64,000 nucleotides of DNA from Felis catus (Eukaryota): assembly GCF_018350175.1 (NCBI RefSeq), contig NC_058368.1, forward strand, positions 236,098,001 through 236,162,000, written 5' to 3'. The translations under genes and the position numbers were made by a program. Positions 11,745 through 24,299 of this stretch are shown one piece after another (within the stretch, counting starts at the first letter, position 1; each line of letters starts with the position of its first letter). The notes under the pieces are model-generated. The model saw only the letters and a list, made by a program, of their open reading frames with translations, did not search any database and was not told the DNA's origin.

Positions 11745-12250
11745 GTCGCCTAAAACACATATTCTTGGGGCTGGCATTAACATTTCACTGCTAATACTCT
11801 TTTCATAAATCTTGGCATTCCTGTTAAATTATTCATACGGTGTTCTATGAGAACATATGACAATTTTTTTGAAATGTATTCTTCACAGCGTCTTGCAATC
11901 AGCCAGAATGCCACTCCATGGGTTATGTTTCTGCATCTCGCCATCTGAATGTTCTGAATAAATTTCACTTTATTCAATAAGTTTCAGTGTTGTTTCCAAG
12001 CATTTCTTTTATGATTTCTACAGCGTCCCTTCTATTGTATTACCCTTCCATTTTATTTCTTTGCCGCCGTCTTGATTTCCCCTTATATCTGCCGTGCGCT
12101 TCAGTTTACCACTTTCTCCATCTATCATTTCGGCTTTGAAAAAAGATATTTCCTATTATCTGATCTTCCCTAGATGTACTTAACTTTGTGACACTCGTAT
12201 TTCTCCGAGTGACCTTTGTGATATAATTCTTTGGTGCTACATCCTGAAAG
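11745..12250 (-). mobile_element. Possible very old non-L1 LINE relic (RTE/RTE-X(L4)-like, pre-RT and RT N-terminus)
   Basis: Minus-strand peptides in colinear order: MIDGESGKL..DI...KWK, KVKFIQNIQMARCRNITHG/GILADCK, LTGMPRFMK...MLMPAPR. These loosely echo IKDxxGxL..RWxEY, EVxxAIxxMKxxKAPGxDGIPAE and GxIPxxWK..IVPIPK. Frameshifted and highly diverged. Confidence 0.35.
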
Positions 12251-14071
12251 GGCCTCGTGACAGATTTAGCGGGTGCCCTTTTAATTCCCAGAGTGGAACC
12301 GCCTTGCCTGCCTAGAATATCCATTCCGCCAGCCCCATATCGTCTTCACTTTGTCAATCCGAGACGGTTCGATAAGAAGTCTTGCGTGTGCCACTCCCTA
12401 GCTACCTCACACATTTTTCCTTTTCGAATCGTCAGCTGACTTTTTCATAGCCATTTGCCTAAAGAAATCCAAAGTCAGTGCAGTGGAAACATATAGACAT
12501 CCTCTTGGAGCCCTCCTCTAGGGGCGGGTGGATTGATGTCGGCCATGCAAACCACCACTTGGAGCCTGTAGGTTCTGGGGTATGTCCCCGTAGGAAATGC
12601 CCGTCCGCCTCCACGTACACGGGTCGCTCTCTGTCACTCCCAAAGACCCCTTGTGACTAGTGTGAACCGTCTTCAGTTGACTGTGGGCCGCACCGTTATT
12701 CTGCTAAGGCTGTCTCAAGTTGTAACCCGTTATTCAAGGTGATCATGACCCTGTCCTGCTGCTTTGATGCGATCTAACAGGGGGCCCTCCGCCCTCCGCT
12801 GTCAGCGGATTAAAATGAACCTCTGTAGACAGAACCCAGTCGGAGAGGATGGCAGAATCCCGCCGGGGCCACCCACCCCCGCCCCCGCCGTGAACTGATA
12901 TTGCCCCATTGTAATAGCTTCGCGCTCTAGGCTAGGCTGTGAGGTTCGTGTTTCTGAGCAATTAGAATAAATTGTTTGTTTAGGAAATAAGAGATGAGAA
13001 AGCCCCTAGAATTATTGTTAGCAAAGTCACATTCGCGATTAGCTCCTTGGCTTTAACAAAAGGAATTCTGTCACGGACTTCATTCTGCAAGATACTTGGT
13101 TTTGCTTGCAAATAGCTACGGAACACCGGCGTGATTGGCAGCTTTGGACGAGAAGAGGTAAGAACGCGGGTGAGGCGGGCATGTCTGCAGGTGCATGTTG
13201 GGATGATTGTGGAGAGCTCACAGAGCCCATCTTCCTCTGCGACCAGAAAGAACTCCTGAGCAGGATCCTAATGCTAGCCTGGAGGGTGACAGAATTAGGT
13301 GTTTGATTATGTTAATCCCATTGAGATGATATGAAGAGTTTGTTATTCAAGCGGAATAAATGAATAAATTTCTTCCAGCTCTGAAAATGGGTATAAACAA
13401 AGTGACTGTTCTGTGATGACCTTGGGGAGGAGGCGGGCACCCCTCCTCGCAGCCTGGAACCAGACTTGTCCGGTTCGCTCGGCCTCCCAGCTCGTCCCAC
13501 CGTGCTCCCCACCGTGGCTGCACCTGGAATCCTGGGGGTAGGATTACCCGACTTCTCCCACCGGGTCCGGCTTCATGTCCTCTGCACCCGCACCGCACCA
13601 CCATCGCCATGGCCACTGGAAATTGCTTGAAGCCTCCCAGAAGCTCGAGCGTTGATTCTTGGCCACAGTTGGCATCTCTCTTATCCGTCCATTTGAATTG
13701 ACATACCTGTCTTTCTCTCTTCACCTTCTTGTTGCACCTATCTTTTATCTAGTCCTTCCAGTGGTCCCAATATCTGGTCACAGAGCCAGCAAAGCTGACA
13801 TGTCAACTTCTCACAGATGCAGGGTGAGCCATTATGGCAATGCCTCAAGTCCTAGCCGGGAGTTCTCTCTTTGACCTTCTGGAAGCATCGCCTTCCCGGT
13901 CCTCACTGCCTTCTCCGGCTTCTGCTCTCACACCTGCACTTGAGGATATTGAGCAAAGTGTTTGAAATTAGGTGCACTAGAGATTTAGAAATGTGGCTCA
14001 TATAAACTGAGTTTTTTTTTGTGGAGGAGGTGATTCCTGAGCTTTATTATTAAAGATGAGTGGGGGCTGGG

Positions 14072-14281
14072 GGGGATGCCTGGGTGGCTCAGTGGGTTGA
14101 GTGTCTGACTTCAGCTCAGGTCATGATCTCACAGTTCACGAATTGGAGCCCCACATTGAGCTTGCTACTGTCAGGGTAGAGCCCACTTTGGATCCTCTGT
14201 CTCCCTCTCCCTCTGCCCCTCCTCCACTTGGTCTCTCTCTCTCTCTCTCTCTCTCAGAAATAAATAAACATTTAAAAAAAT
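14072..14281 (+). mobile_element. CanSINE
   Basis: SINEC head, (CT)n, A tail; diverged TSD aaagatgagtggg / aaacatgaatggg. Confidence 0.92.
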
Positions 14282-15254
14282 AAACATGAATGGGAAATAC
14301 CCAACATAAACCAGGATCACAGAGAAGAGAAGATCCAGACTGGCAGAATTGCAGCCAATGAGAACATCGCACCAGCAACACAGACAACGCAGATTATGTG
14401 GCCGGTGAGTTGGAACAACACAGTGTGGGAGCCGGGAATGGGGGCGTTGTGGATATTTCCAAGGCTGTTTATTTGGGTTGCTGGGCCAGGTGGTGATTCA
14501 ATGCACGGTGGGGAAACAGAATGCGAGGATACAGTGTGGATGGCAAGACGGTGAGTTTCATGTGACATAGAGTAAAACTGAGCAAAGCATGAGTTGTGCT
14601 GGCTGGACTCTCCAAGCGGTAGGTTGGCGTAGATCTACCGAGATCTTAAGGGAGAAGGTTGCACTGAAAAAATAGATTTGAGAGTCACTAAAGCATGCAT
14701 TAACTTAGACTCTAGTTTCAAGTTGCAGTAACCATTTTTTAACTAAATAAGAATGGAGACTTCCCCACAGGGCAGGAGGGGACAGGAATATACTGGGTCC
14801 TGTGGAGGAGGTTAGCGCTGAACCCGGGAAATCCTCAGGCACGCGGACACTGCCACTGTGGGTTCTTCCTGATCCCCTTGCCGGTCAGTGCCATTCATTT
14901 CTCACTCTGCTTCTCTGCCCACGAGGCAGGGTGTGCCCACCCACATGGCACGCACCCAGTTCTGGCCCAAAGGGCGGTAGGAGGGAAATGGAGTCCTACA
15001 GTATGAGTAACCTGCCCCAGGGCCACCCTTATCAGTAAGGAAGCATTTCTCAGAGAAAGGACTGTGGCTCTTGGGTTAGGACGACCTCCAATAAGGCATT
15101 ACCACACTCTGGAGAGGAATGCGCTGACCTTGAACATGGATGGAGGACGAAGCTAGACCCAGTTGCAACACGCCAAGAAGCTCCGTGACTTCTTCCTCCA
15201 CATAAGCTCTTCTCTCGGAGAGAAACGGGGTTCCCGTATCGGTCCACCCACTGA

Positions 15255-15500
15255 ACGTGTCCTAATGCCTTCAGCTTCAACTTAAAATCTTTCTTTCCGA
15301 AAAGTCTCTTTTGTTCTTCTTATTCAAAGTGATCCCAGAGTCCTCTCTATCTTGAGCACAATTCTATCATTGCGTGATTTATATCGTTCATTTGTGTCAA
15401 TGCACCTTCTCCGAACTCCATGTCTCGTGTGAATGGGTCAGGTGTTCTTAGTCTTCGAACCTTCTCTTTCTTCTCAGTGACTAGACCAGCACACAGGATC
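15255..15500 (+). mobile_element. L2 3' fragment (degenerate)
   Basis: ccttcagcttcaacttaaaatc...ctccatgtctcgtgtgaatggg...tagaccagcacacagg resembles the L2 3' end. Confidence 0.45.
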
Positions 15501-16616
15501 CTCTGTTAGGGTACAAGGCCCTGGATGAGCATGCTTTTTTGGCTTCTTGTTTAGTCCTCACTTGGACTGGAAAAGCACAAGGCAGAATAAGTAGTCGATA
15601 AGCATCCAGTGAAAAAGTGAGCGAGCCTGTGGTCCCTTCTGTGCTGTGGACACCTCCGGCGGGTTCTGAATTCATGCTAAGTCGATGACGGAATGGCAAT
15701 TTTAGAAAGAAGAAAAATCCATTGTTTCTTGGAGATGATTTTAAATGTCCTGGAGAACTGGGGCTCTTTTATTTTATTCTGCTCCCTGGGTCCTAGATGA
15801 CGGCATATATAATTAATTCTTCCTTGAAATGTCAGCTCACAAGAGAAGATCTAGGACATAGAATACCAACTAAAATACGAAGTTGCTTTTAAGTAACACA
15901 CACGCGGGAAGAGAGAGAGATTGGTCTGCTAAATATGTATTGAGCGCCTCTCATTTCCAAGAATTTACTGTTAGAGCGTCCATAATTTAAACCAACCTAC
16001 ACCTACTGTGTGGGAGAGAGCTTTGTGGCTGTAACACAGACCAGAGGCAGGATCGGGGCCGCACACGGGGGAGCTGGCTGCCTCCTCCCGTAGGGTCAAG
16101 AGAAGCCGAGGGGGAGCGATAAGGAAGCAGGTGGACAGTCTGCCGAGTGGATCATATGGAAGGTTCTAGTCAGAGAAGCAGGCATGTACAAAGGCACGCG
16201 GACGTGACCTCGTTTGGTGGCACGGAAGAACAAAGGCCATCCTCACGATGAGGACACTCAGGGAGCCCCCTGGGGTTTAGACCACTGAGTCCTTCACAGA
16301 TGGTTCCTATCTCCACTGCGATTCCCTGCCCCTTGGAAGGTCTCCCACCATAACATAGAAAGAAACAAAAACTTTGAATTTCCCCAATCTCAAAGAATAG
16401 GATATGGGATCTCGAAAAACTCAGGGAAGGAATAGTTAGATATAAATTTACATCAGCTCCTTTGATCTCCCAGTAGAGTTTCGCATGGGCCCTGTTCCAC
16501 CAGCCAGCTAGACAGCAGTAAAAAGGACAGACCTGGTTTCTTACTCGTAGAAATCGCAGTGTCCTGCAGAGGAGCGACAGGGCCACGGGGCCGCCACTGA
16601 AGAGGTCAGAGCCCTG

Positions 16617-17300
16617 TGTGCTACTTTTATTAATGCGGTAACAATCTATTACGAATTTAGCAGCGTAATGCAGTGCAGATGTGTTATCTTACGGTTCTGT
16701 GCATCAGAACTTCGACACGGGTTTCACTGGGCCACAGTCGGGCTGTCAGTATGGCCGGGTTCCTTTTGTGAGGCTCCGGAGAATCTGTTTTCTTACCCTG
16801 TGCGGTCTCCAAAGCCTGATCACGTTCCTTGGCCCATGGCCCCTTCCCCACCTTTATTTAAAAAAAAAATTTTTTTTTAATGTTTATTTATTTTTGAGAC
16901 AGAGAGAGACAGAGCATGAACAGGGGAGGGTCAGAGAGAGAGGGAGACACAGAATCTGAAACAGGCTCCGGGCTCCGAGCTGTCAGCACAGAGCCCAATG
17001 CGGGGCTCGAACCCACGGACCCACGAGATCATGACCTGGGCCGAAGTCGGACGCTCAACCGACTGAGCCACCCAGGCGCCCCCCCTCCCCCACCTTTAAA
17101 GCCAGCGACAGCAGGATGGGCACACATGCCATGTTCTCTCCTACCTCCTTCTTCCACTTTCCAGAACCCTTGTGATTGTGTCGGGACCACCCGGATAACC
17201 AACCGACTGAGCCACCCACTAATTCCTATTTTTAATGTAACATAAGATATTCACCGGTTGGATGGGGATATCCTTGGGAGCCCTTTTCCTGCCTTCTACC
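16617..17300 (-). mobile_element. MaLR solo LTR (MLT1C/D-like) interrupted by a SINE
   Basis: gtaacaatctattacgaatttagcagcgtaa...ttatcttacggttctg...ttccttggcccatggcccctt...acccttgtgattg...cacccggataa...ttcctgccttctacc. Confidence 0.8.
16857..17082 (-). mobile_element. CanSINE
   Basis: TSD cccttccccaccttta / ccctcccccaccttta. Confidence 0.95.
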
Positions 17301-18799
17301 GGAGTCCTGCAAAAAAAAGTGGGTCTGGCAGTCCGGCGTCTAAGAGAGATATAAAAGATGAGTTTTGCCAAAGGAACCACACACCAAGCGGTGGAGGAGA
17401 GGGAAGGAAGGAATTTCCTGACAGAATCCCCACGCCTGGTCTTAGCTACACGGTCTTGAGACCAGGTGGGGAGCATGAGGACATCCCAAACCAGACAGAG
17501 CGGCAGAATGGGACTCCGTGGGAACAATGATGTGATGAGGTGTGCCAGGGTCACCTGAATCAGAGCTGATTGCAGGGTTTGGAACCTGATCTCTGCGGTA
17601 ACTTTACCTCTGGTGAACATGCAGTCGATAGGAATGCAGTGAGAGTTGTATCTTGGAGACGATTGTTTAGAATTCACGTAAAAACAGAGGGAGCGCACGG
17701 GGGTGTCCAGCATGGCAAAGAGAACCGAGGGGAGAGAAATCTGGTGGCAAAGGCCAGCGGTACAAGTTTGACGAGTCGCATAACTAGGCAAAGAGAGTGA
17801 TACAGACCGGCTTGCGTGTGATAACACGGTGTGTGCACCGTTTATATTAATAGCAACATGCTGAAATGAGTCCATTTCGACCAGAAGGATCTAGATTTGG
17901 TTTCTTGGGCAGACGGCATCTCAAGGACGCACCGTGTCTGCTCCCCGCCTCTCACACTTCAGTGGGAAGGTCCTCGCTTCCCCGAAAACCACGTCCACGA
18001 TCTAACTCATTGGACGGATTTTGCTTCGTTTTACACGTGGGGCACAGCAGGGTTAGCCTGTATCATTTAGCAGCCAAAACACATTCTCCGGTTCGAAGGA
18101 ATGACATTTGAGTTAGTACATTGGAGAAGACTCTACCATTTGCGATCTAAAGTATCTCTGGAATGAGGAGAGATCATGACAGAAAGGCAGCTTTCACTGC
18201 GGGAAAATAATAATAATGTTTTTACAAACATGAACGAAAAGAACAGTGTGAATGCCACCTTATGCTAAAAATCCTGGCATACAGCAAATATGGGAAATTG
18301 TTGGGGCTTTGAAAGATGTAAAGATGAACGAATAAAGGAAACTTCCTTGACACACAGTTAGCAGATTTATAGAGAATTTAGCATATTTCCCGAATCTTGC
18401 GTGGGTCCCTAAAACTACATCATGGAAGCCGATTTAAGCAGACCCTATAACGGTGTCCTGAATGGCGAGCATAATAAACGTTAGGAAGCACCACAGACGT
18501 TTTAGGCTCTAGCTGAGTCAGAACTTCGAGGGTTTGAGAAGCTCAGATGTAATTATACTTAGTGTCAAAGAGGGACGGGAGTCTAGGTGTTCTATGTCCC
18601 AAGTTGGACCGCAAGACATGTCTCATTTTCACAAGGACAGCATGATCTCCTTTCAAATCTATTACACTCAGAGGTTGAAATGTAATGATAGACCCGAGCG
18701 TCTAGAGGAGGGCGAGCGATGCTCAGAGAAAGGAAAAAGCGCTGCTACACGCGATACTGACGAAATTGAGGAACACGTAACTTTAGAATTTTCTGGTTT

Positions 18800-19170
18800 T
18801 AATCCAACATTTAGATCTATGATTCATTAAGATTGATTTTGTGTATATGGTGCAAACTATTTATGCAGATTTTGCCAGAGGTTTTGTCTGTATGTTTTGT
18901 TTGTGTTTTTGCACACGGATTTGACTTGTTCCGCACCATTTGTTGGAAAAACAACAACAACAAAAGAAATGACTCTGTCTTCATTGTTTTGCCTTTGCAT
19001 CTTTGTCAGAACTCAGTTCCATATATGTGGGAACCTACTTCTGGACTATATTCTGTTCCGTCAGTCTGCTTCTTAGGTCAGTAACCTATCGTCTTGACGA
19101 TTGTAGCTTTATAATAAATATGAACAGCAAGTAACATTAGTCCTTCAAGTTTATTCTTCTGTCTCAAATT
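18800..19170 (-). mobile_element. Old L1 ORF2 3' fragment
   Basis: tttagatctatgattcat...cgcaccatttgttggaaaa...ttctggactatattctgttcc...gtagctttataata. Confidence 0.75.
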
Positions 19171-19319
19171 TGTTTGGGGGTATTTTTTGAACTAAGAGAA
19201 TTGTTCTCATAGAACCTATAATAATCTCACCTCTCTCCTACATGATAACAGTATATTTTCTCTAGATGATTCCCATGAATCTTCTTGAGATCGCATTTGA
19301 TTTCAATGATTTTCTCCTT

Positions 19320-19534
19320 GGGGCACCTGGGTGGCTCATTCGGTTGAGCGTCCAACTTCGCCTCAGGTCATGGTCTCGCAGTTTGTGGGTTCAAGCCCCA
19401 CGTCGGGCTCTGTGCTAACAAACAGCTCAGAACCTGGAGCCTGCTTCGGATTCTGTGTCTCCCTCTCCCTCTGCCCCTCCCCTGCTCACACTCTTGACTC
19501 GCTGTCTGTCAATAATAAATAAACGTTAAAAAAA
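19320..19534 (+). mobile_element. CanSINE
   Basis: TSD ttcaatgattttctcctt / ttcggtgattttctcctt. Confidence 0.94.
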
Positions 19535-21017
19535 TTCGGTGATTTTCTCCTTTATTTTTGTGGTGTTCATTTCATCTTTATGTACTGTTCTCTATCATTT
19601 AATTTTTTGTGGCTTAATTGGATTTTCCCCCCCTTCTTTTCCTGCCTTTTTAATGGGCAAGCTAAAGCCATTGATCTGAGATTTTTCTTCTTTCCTGGTG
19701 TGGAGATGTATCGCTCTAAATTTTACACTCTTTCTAGCATGTGCTGCTTAAGCCATACTTCTTTTCATTTTTACTTAGAACAAAATTCTTTCCAATATCT
19801 TAATTTGTGATATATTCCTTGCTAGGTGGGTTTTTTTTAGGAGCAAGTTATTTCAAATCCCAAGTAGTTGTGATTTTCTGGAGATTTTTCTGTTATTGAT
19901 TTCTAATTGAATCTATCGTGTATGAATTGAATTCTTTTGTATTTATTGAGACATGTTTCATGACCCAAAATATGTTCTGTTTTACTAAGTGCTTTCTATG
20001 CATTGGAAAACAATTTAGATTCTCCACTTGCTGGATAGAGTGTTCTAGAAATGTCACTCAGGTGAAATTAGGTGATAGTATTGTTTAGACATTCTGTACC
20101 CATATTGATTTTCTCTCCACTTGGCTTATCAGTTATTAAGAGAGGGGTATTAAAATCTTTAAATATAATTATTGATTTGCCCATTTCTCCTCATAGCCCC
20201 ATCATTCTTTGCTTCATATATTTTAAGACTCTCTTACGAGGTTGATAAAACTTAAAGATTATTAGTTCCTCTGGATAAATAGACCCCTCTGTGATTGTGG
20301 AATGGCTTTCTTCATACACAGTAATATGATTTTCGCTGACACATACTTTGTTGTCTTTCGAAAATGTCAGCCTGATATATCATTTTGCGTGTGTTTATTT
20401 TTAACCTATTTGTGTCTTTACATTTAAGTGTGTTTATTGTAGACCCAGTATAGTTTGGTATTTCTCTCTCACCTTTTGAAAGTTGATCATCTCTGCCTCT
20501 TAATTTGGGTGTTTGAGTCCTTTACACTTAAAGTAATTTTTGATTTGGTCAGGCTTACGACCCTCCTCTTGCTAGTTACTTTCTAATTGCCCTATCTATT
20601 CTTCGTTCCTCTTGTCATCTGTTGCTGACTTCATTTGAAATGATGGATTATTTTTTTTAGGATTTCCTTTCGTCCTCTTTTTGGCTTATTTTCTTTAATT
20701 CTTTGTTGTGCAAAGTTAATGGCTGTGTCAGGCTCAACAGCCTACATTTTTATTTTTACTGATTGAATTTTTTTAATTGAAATATAGTTGGCATATGATA
20801 GCACGTATTTATAACTTACCAGTCCCCCTGTAAGTGACATTGTGCCACATCTTTAACAGCGTAAGAATCTCATCGTCATAAGCTGTCATTTGTCATCATG
20901 TCTCAGACATTGTACAATTGTTGCCATACCTGTGAGTTTTGCTTATATGCTAGATGCTGTGGTACAGTGTTGTTATTTTTATATAAATAACCAATTGGCA
21001 TTTAAAGATGTTCAATA

Positions 21018-21256
21018 GGGGGCGCCTGGGTGGCGCAGTCGGTTAAGCGTCCGACTTCAGCCAGGTCACGATCTCGCGGTCCGTGAGTTCGAGCCCCGCG
21101 TCAGGCTCTGGGCTGATGGCTCAGAGCCTGGAGCCTGTTTCCAATTCTGTGTCTCCCTCTCTCTCTGCCCCTCCCCCGTTCATGCTTTGTCTCTCTCTGT
21201 CCCCCAAAAAATAAATAAATGTTGAAAAAAAAATTAAAAAAAAATAAAAATAAAAA
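21018..21256 (+). mobile_element. Young felid CanSINE (SINEC_Fc-type)
   Basis: Perfect TSD aaagatgttcaata; diagnostic cagccaggtcacgatctcgcgg. Confidence 0.97.
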
Positions 21257-21596
21257 AAAGATGTTCAATAATAATAATGATAATAACAACAACAATAACA
21301 GTGATAATAAACCTACCCATGCACTTTCTATTTCCAGTGCTTTTGGTTCCACTGTGTATAATCATAAATATTTTTTTTTCCCCTGGTTGCACTTTCCTTC
21401 CGCCCTGAAGACTTCCATTAACGTTGTTTTTAGTGCAGATCTCCTGGTAATAAATTATTCCATCTTTTAAATGCATCAAAATGTATTTCACCTGTGATTT
21501 TTGAAAGATATTTTCTTTGGATATTCTATGTTGACATTTTTTTTCTTTCAGTAATTTAAAAATGTTGTGTTGTTTTCTTATTTTTTAATTGTTTTC

Positions 21597-21822
21597 TTTT
21601 AAAACATTTTTAAAATGTTTATTTGTTTTTGAAGGAGAGAGAGACAGAGCATGAGCAGGGGAGGAGCAGAGAGAAAGGGAGGCACAGAAGCCAAAGCGGG
21701 CTCAGGGTCTGAGCTGCCAGCACAGAGACCGACACGGGGCTCGAACTCACAAACCATGAAATCATGACCTGAGCCGGAATCAGGAGTCAGACACTCAACC
21801 AGCTAAGCCACTCAGGCGCCCC
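21597..21822 (-). mobile_element. CanSINE
   Basis: SINEC body; flanking aattgttttc repeat. Confidence 0.92.
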
Positions 21823-23477
21823 TGAATTGTTTTCAGTAAGAAATGTGTGATCATTCTTATCTTTCTTCCTCTGTGTATAACATATCTTTTTTTTTTTATA
21901 TAATCACCTGATTTAAGTAATGTGACTATAATGTGACATAGTGTGAGTTATTTCTCCTTTTTTGTGTTTCTTATCCTCGGAATTTGTTGAGATTTTTTAA
22001 TCTGCTAGTGATATTAATGAAATTTGAAACCATTCTGCCATTATTTCTTCAATTATGTTTGTTTTTCTAACCCCATTCTCAGAGCACCTAAGTGCATGTA
22101 TACTGATCCATTTCAAGTTGCCCCACAGAGTACCTCTACTCTTCATTTTTATTAAATTCTCTTTGTATCTGTCTTTCATGTTATGCAGTGTCTTTTGCTA
22201 TGTCTTCAAGATTACAGGTGTTTTCTTCTGTAATGTCTCAACTGAAATTAATCCCATTCAATGAATTTTTCTTTCCATAAAATAGAATTTTCAGCTCTCA
22301 TAGTTCAATTTGTGTCTTCTTCGTATTTTCTAAATCTCGACTTAACTTCTGAACATCAAGAGGATGGTGTAGGAACTTTTTAAATGTCCTCGTCTGCTAC
22401 CTCTGAGGTCTATAAAATTGTTGGTTGAATGACTTGGCTGTTCATCAAGGGCAGGCTTTTCTGCTTCTTTCTCGGCCCGGTAACGTTTCATTGGATCATA
22501 GACATTGTTAGTTTTACTCGTCTGTTTGTTGGACATACAAATATATCGATCTTTTTGTTCTTGGGCACAGTTACGTTACTTGCAAGCAGTTTGATCCTCT
22601 CAAGTCCTGCTTTTGAACTTTGTTAGGTGGGATGGGAGCAATGCTTAGTCTGTGACGAGTTACTCCTCCCTGCTTTGGATGAGACCTTCCTGAGAATACG
22701 ACTCGGTGCTCCCAGATCATGAGTTCTGGTCTGCTTGGTTAAATAGGCACTCTTCTAAGACCTGGATGAGTGCCCCGCACTGTTACCTGCCATCTTTTCT
22801 GAGGGTTCGTTCCCAGCCCTGGGAGTTTCTTCACTTGTACGTTTCGATCAGCCTAGAGGTAAATTCTCCGCAGAATCTTGTAAAACACCCAGAGGATCAT
22901 CTCTTTGTGGTTCTGTCCTCTGGTGCCCTCTTCTGAAATACTCTGGCCACCATCATCTCCTTGGATGCTCACCTGCATCTCCTTAGCAAGAAGAGTCCCC
23001 TGGGACCCAGAGGGATGGCCTCCCTGCATTCCGGCCTCGACCCTGTCTCGGAGCTGTAAGCCATCACAGGGCTGGCCAGGTTCACCTTCCATATCTTAAG
23101 TATCTTCACTGCCTGGTGTCCAGTGTCTTGAAAGCCATATATCATACAGTTTGTCTGTGTTAAGTTGCTTCAAGCAGACGGGTTCATCTGGTTCCTGTTA
23201 GTCCATGTTGGTTTGACTTGGAATTTCCTACGGCACATGTATATTAATGACCAGAATCTTGGCATTCTACTTGGCTATTTGAGTCCACTTAGAAAGTGCT
23301 AAAAATAACAAATAATTTGGTGTGTTCCCTGTAATATCATCTATTCTAAGGACGAGGCATGTGAAATTCCTAAGTAATTGAAAATTTCAAACAGCCATAT
23401 TCACTCTCAGGGAGCAATAGAACTGAGGAGTTCTTGTATTGCACGTCTATCACATAGAAGCTATCGCTATACTGGTT

Positions 23478-23703
23478 TTTTTAAATGTTTATTTATTTAT
23501 TTATTTATTGATAGGGACAGAGAGAGAGAGAGAGAGAGAGAGTGAGCAGGGGAGAGACAGAGAGAAGGAGAGACAGAATCCCAAGCAGGCTCTGTGCTGT
23601 CAGCACAAAGCCTGATGCAGGACTCGATCTCACAAATCGTGAGAGCATAACCTGAGCCCAAATCAAGAGTGAATGCTTAACTGACTGAGCCATCAGGCGC
23701 CCC
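23478..23703 (-). mobile_element. CanSINE (older subfamily)
   Basis: T tail, (GA)n, head ending catcaggcgcccc. Confidence 0.93.
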
Positions 23704-23948
23704 TATTTTTTTTTATTTTATTTTTTTTTAAATTTTTTTTTCAACGTTTTTATTTATTTTTTTGGGACAGAGAGAGACAGAGCATGAACGGTGGAGGGGC
23801 AGAGAGAGAGGGAGACACAGAATCGGAAACAGGCTCCAGGCTCTGAGCCATCAGCCCAGAGCCTGATGCGGGGCTCGAACTCATGGACCACGAGATCGTG
23901 ACCTGGCTGAAGTCGGACGCTTAACCGACTGCGCCACCCAGGCGCCCC
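23704..23948 (-). mobile_element. Young felid CanSINE (SINEC_Fc-type)
   Basis: Near-identical to the copies at 2185 and 10644. Confidence 0.96.
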
Positions 23949-24052
23949 TAATTTTATTTTTTAACTAATCTCTATACCCAACGTGGGGCTCAAACTCACA
24001 AGGCTGAGATCAAGGGCCACATGCTCTACCGACTGAAGCAGCCAAGAGCCCC
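23949..24052 (-). mobile_element. Short tRNA-Lys-like CanSINE lacking the CT tract
   Basis: Reverse complement reads ggggctcttggctgcttcagtcggtagagcatgtggcccttgatctcag...gagccccacgttgggtatagagatt plus an A tail. Confidence 0.85.
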
Positions 24053-24299
24053 TACACTTGTTCTAATATAGTTTCACTAGGCCCTTGTTTTTCATTACTA
24101 TTTTTCATCTATCATGTTCATGGATAGAATTTCAATTGGTACCCATTCACTGATAATTCCTCCTAACAGTTTTCTCAGCCAGAGCTTGGAAAAAAATAAA
24201 ACACAACAACACTTCCTGCCAAGTCCTACATCTTCCTCTGCTGCGGACACAGGCATACATTGTAAATATATGTGAAATCCGTATTTTTCCTAGCTACTG

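Larger units (their letters stand above)
19550..23230 (-). mobile_element. Old L1 (L1M-type) 5' portion: EN, ORF1 and 5'UTR remnants
   Basis: T-rich antisense L1 signatures (ttattgatttctaatt, tttttgaaagatatttt, ccattatttcttcaatta = IIEEIMAE on the minus strand). Confidence 0.7.

Noticed and set aside
13092..13163. Donor-like GAG|GTAAGA at ~13157 (other isolated GTRAG matches at ~9529, ~14550, ~42056, ~59070)
   Set aside because: No convincing paired acceptor or open frame; such matches are expected by chance in 64 kb.
17219..17875. 218-aa minus-strand ORF
   Set aside because: No recognisable homology, partly overlaps an MLT1 LTR, no supporting splice structure.
23949..24052. tRNA-Lys-like sequence (also 28241-28358)
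   Set aside because: Diverged stems, A tails and TSDs indicate short SINE retrocopies rather than tRNA genes.
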